Position numbers and translations under genes: made by a program | Assembly: GCF_001194135.2 (NCBI RefSeq) | Contig: NC_069005.1 | Location: forward strand, 8,497,804-8,561,803 | Length of the DNA: 64,000 nt | Direction: 5' to 3' | Source: Octopus bimaculoides | Lineage: Eukaryota | Part shown: positions 60,486 to 64,000 of the stretch, piece by piece | How the letters are laid out: the number at the start of each line of letters is the position of its first letter | How positions within the stretch are numbered: position 1 is the stretch's first letter | The notes under the pieces: model-generated | Database searches by the model: none | Told to the model about the DNA's origin: nothing | The model's input: the letters and a program-made list of their open reading frames with translations, nothing else

Positions 60486-60806
60486 AGTAATATTTATTTA
60501 TTTATGTGTTTCAGCCAAGTGGCTGCGGTCATGCTGGNNNNNNNNNNNNNNNNNNNNNNNNNNNNNNNNNNNNNNNNNNNNNNNNNNNNNNNNNNNNNNN
60601 NNNNNNNNNNNNNNNNNNNNNNNNNNNNNNNNNNNNNTGTATATATATATATATATATGTATACATATATATGTATATATATATGTAGAGGATTGCTCTG
60701 CATTTTAAATTGATGCAATGATTGCATTGTTCATTTAAATGGAGTTGCATGAAACGGTCGTACTGCATTACCTCTGGATATCCTTGTTGCTTATTTTGAT
60801 ATACAT

Positions 60807-60844
<38 letters not shown>

Positions 60845-61260
60845 CGTTATATATCCTATGTTTGGGTATATATGTAAAATGATATTAATTATGCAATCTA
60901 TAAATATGAATGTATATGTGTGAGAAGTGAGTGAGTGTATATTAAATATTATCTCTCTCAATCAATATCAATAATACTCATTGTTGGTTGCGTGATCATG
61001 CTAAAAATGCCATGCTACCTTATATGGAAGTAATAAATATGTTAACTGTAATTAATTGATACATAAACTGTATCATTGTTATTGATAACATACATTTATT
61101 GCAGATATATGAATGAGAAATTTATCTTATTTAATTTTAATTTGATATCTTAGTTTAAAAGAATAAATTATTATTCATTTCATTATTTTGTATAAGCACC
61201 ATAAAATTTGTAAAAATAAAAAATAAAAAATTATTATTATCATTATTATTTTATGCATGA

Positions 61261-61470
61261 AGGTAGCGAGCTGGCAGAATCGTTAGCATGCTGGATGGAA
61301 TGCTTAGCACCTGTCGCTATGTTCTGAGTTCAAATTCTGTCAAGTTTGACTTTGCCTTTGAGCCTTTCGGGGTCGATAAATTAAGTACCAATGAAACACT
61401 GGGGTCGATGTAATTGACTAGCCCCCCCTCCCTCAAAATTTCAGACCTTGTGTCTATTGTAGAAAAGATT
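61261..61470 (+). mobile_element. SINE family B
   Basis: GGTAGCGAGCTGGCAGAATCGTTAGC...GGGGTCGATAAATTAAGTACC...GACCTTGTGTCTATTGTAGAAAAG. Confidence 0.88.
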
Positions 61471-61694
61471 ATTATTTTATGCATGTAACATTATCTAATA
61501 TTAGCCGTTGTGGTAAAATAATATACCCATTTGGTTTTTATATTTGTTTTAAAAGGTTCTTGACATTGTATGTTGGTAGAGTCATTTTACCAGTGTGTGT
61601 GTTTTTGTTTCTTATTGGCAAAATGACCCACCCAAAATACAACAACATATAAATGCCCATTATCTGAAGGGCAACACTTGATTTATAATAATTA

Positions 61695-62063
61695 TAAGAA
61701 GTCTGCTTAGCAGTCATGTGGTTTCGGGTTTCACCTCACTGCACAAAACCATGGACAAGTGTCTTCTCCTCTAGCACTAAGCTGATCAATGTCTCGTAAG
61801 TGAATCTGGCTGATGGAAACTGTATGGAATCCTTTTGTATATTAATATTTATATATGTGTGTGTGTCTTTGTATTTGTTCACCACAGCTGCTTGACAACT
61901 GCTGCCAGTTTGTTTATCTCTCCATCAGTTAACAGTTCAGCAAAGAAGACTGACAGAATAAGCATGAAACTTGAAATAACTACTGGGGTCAATTTATTTG
62001 ACTAAACCCTTCAAGGTGGTGCCCCAGTCTAGCAGCAGTCCAAAATCTGCAATGAATAAAAGA
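61695..62063 (+). mobile_element. SINE family A copy (diverged)
   Basis: GGACAAGTGTCTTCTCC body and GGGGTCAATTTATTTGACTAAACCCTTCAAGGTGGTGCCCC tail. Confidence 0.75.
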
Positions 62064-62377
62064 CAATGCAAAAATTTAAACTGAAAGTTTGGTTCATTAG
62101 GCTTCTGAGAATTTTGGTAACTGCAACTACTGGACTTCTGTCTGACTAGGATGCCAGCCCATTGTCACAATATTAACCCCCAGCTGTTGCTGGTACTGGT
62201 GGTCATCTGAGCTTTGCTTAAAAGTAAAACATGCTGCCCAGTACAGGAATCAAGCCCATGACCTTGCAATCATGAGTCCAACACCTTAACCACTAAGCTA
62301 GGAGCCTAGTAAACGTATCCTTAGAATATAGTTATTACAAAGCCATACAGCTGGTAAGGTCTTCTTTTAGAAGATAG

Positions 62378-62733
62378 TTCTTGTTTCAGTCATTATACTG
62401 CAATGTGCCAGGGCACCACATTGAAGGGTTTTAGTGAAAAATATTGATCCCAATTCTTATTTATTAAATCTGGTACTTTTTCTATTGGTATGTTTTGCTG
62501 AACTGTTAGGTTACAAGGATATAAACAAACCAACACCACTTGTCAAGTAGTAGTGGCAGACGAAAACACACACACATGCACCCCAGGCTTATTTGTTTCC
62601 ATCTACCAAATCCACTTACAAGGCTTTTGTTGGCCCATGCTGATACATGCTGATACACTTGCCCAAGGTATTGCACAGAGATTGAACACCAGACCATAGG
62701 TTTTCAAGCTTCTTAACTGCATAACCACACCTG
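62378..62733 (-). mobile_element. SINE family A copy
   Basis: TTGTTTCAGTCATT tail to ACACTTGCCCAAGG body, in reverse orientation. Confidence 0.75.
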
Positions 62734-63501
62734 AATCTATGAAGATGTTATTTTTGCATTTGTACAATATTGTTTTACTTGTCTAACATCAGACTAGCCC
62801 TATTTGAACCTATCAGAGTCATTCCAGTTACGATTATCCCATCTTTTCCTGTTTTCTTCAGCTGTGCTCTAGCATAGCCTGAGCTGTGATAGCTAAACAC
62901 AAAGAAATAGAAAATAAAAAAAAAACAAAGCATGGGTTTTGTCATCTGATCTGCTTTCTTGCCTTTACAATATAAAAACAGGATGTGTATTTTTGAAATG
63001 TGATTTAGTTGTTATTTCTAGCATCTCAAGTATCCTTGAAGAGGCTCTTATATTGAATATGTTATTTATACGTTGTTTTAACAAGTGCCTTTGGCACAGA
63101 ATTTCATATTTCATGTCTCATCTCATTTATTTTATATATTTATTTACGGATTTTTTCACCTTTATATTTTACAGAATTAATTCCCTGTTTGGCTAGGTGA
63201 GCGAAAAGAAATTTTCTTACTATAAATATTCGTTAAATGATATTTGTATTTTGTCTTCTTTTGTTTTTGGAAAGCTAATAAATATTTGTTATTGAACAAT
63301 GTTAGTGGGCTAAAATTAACAAAAAACAAACAAACAAAAGATAATAAAAAAGAAAGGATTACAAAACGAAAGAAAAATAAAACAATATGTAAATAACCAA
63401 AGGTACTATCTTGCTATTAATTTTCACAGGTAAGTTGTGATTAGCTGAAATCATTTGATGTGCTTTTATGAATGTAAGTGTAATATGTGTGTTTGTGTGT
63501 A

Positions 63502-63580
63502 CAGTAATCCCTCGACTATCGTGGGTGTTACCTTTCAAGACCCTCCCCATGATAGGAGAAAATCCGTGAAGTAGAAACAG
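63502..63580 (+). mobile_element. Tigger/pogo-like terminal fragment
   Basis: TA|CAGTAATCCCTCGACTATCGTGGGTGTTACCTTTCAAGACCC...GAAAATCCGTGAAGTAG follows the CAGT..TCCCTCG pattern of Tigger-type TIRs. No partner TIR seen. Confidence 0.65.
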
Positions 63581-64000
63581 TACTGTACTGTATATTTTTC
63601 TTCTATTATTTTTATAATTTGTACATAAAGTTGTGCTCTGCTGATTGTTTGTCAGTTAACGATTTGGTTGTAGATGTGTCGAGTATGGCCGAAACTTTCA
63701 TAAAGTTTGCTTTCTAGGCATGAGATCTCAGATTTGATTCCACCATGTGACAACTTGGAAATTATAATCTACCATGGATATTGATTGACCTGAATCTTGT
63801 GGGCAAAACAGGGTGGATTGAAAGTGATGTGTAACCTAACTGAAAAGATGTAACTGTAATTTACCGAAGGTGCTTAGTGGTTAGGGTATTTGGTCTGTGA
63901 TTGTAAAGTTTCGAAAACAGCTGTATTTCAAAGGGTCAGCCTTGTTACACTCGGTATCACACTGAATCTCCTTGAGAACTCTGTTAAGGGTACATCTATG

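Noticed and set aside
60713-60727. ATGCAAT-G-ATTGCAT palindrome overlapping a TGATGCAAT C/EBP-ATF-like motif
   Set aside because: Single short motif with no promoter context.

Overview
This is AT-rich animal genomic DNA from a draft assembly, with 17 N-gaps, most of them next to (TA)n/(CA)n/(GA)n microsatellites. The repeat landscape looks like an octopus (coleoid cephalopod) genome; that is recognition and inference, not a database result. I cannot support any intact protein-coding gene, rRNA, tRNA gene or CRISPR array. The ORF track is almost entirely translated microsatellites, N-runs and repeat fragments, so the window is best read as intergenic DNA or long introns. Recognisable content: three tRNA-derived SINE families (labelled A, B, C here) and a fourth dispersed repeat (D); RTE-clade LINE 3' fragments; an L1/Tx1-type RT fragment; a Tc1-like transposase remnant with DD36E spacing; two mariner deletion derivatives; a TTAA-flanked MITE family; a Tigger-like TIR; and two decayed Penelope-type hammerhead motifs. 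The best second-look items are an 18-bp hairpin whose 3' arm resembles miR-1 (50141-50189), the DD36E element, a perfect 161-bp inverted repeat across a gap, a head-to-head SINE fold-back, a roughly 45-bp module shared by two unique-looking regions 46 kb apart, and a cluster of mini-intron-like splice signals on the minus strand. I found no convincing new multi-gene system. Repeat boundaries are by-eye estimates (about +/-10-20 bp) unless termini are quoted.
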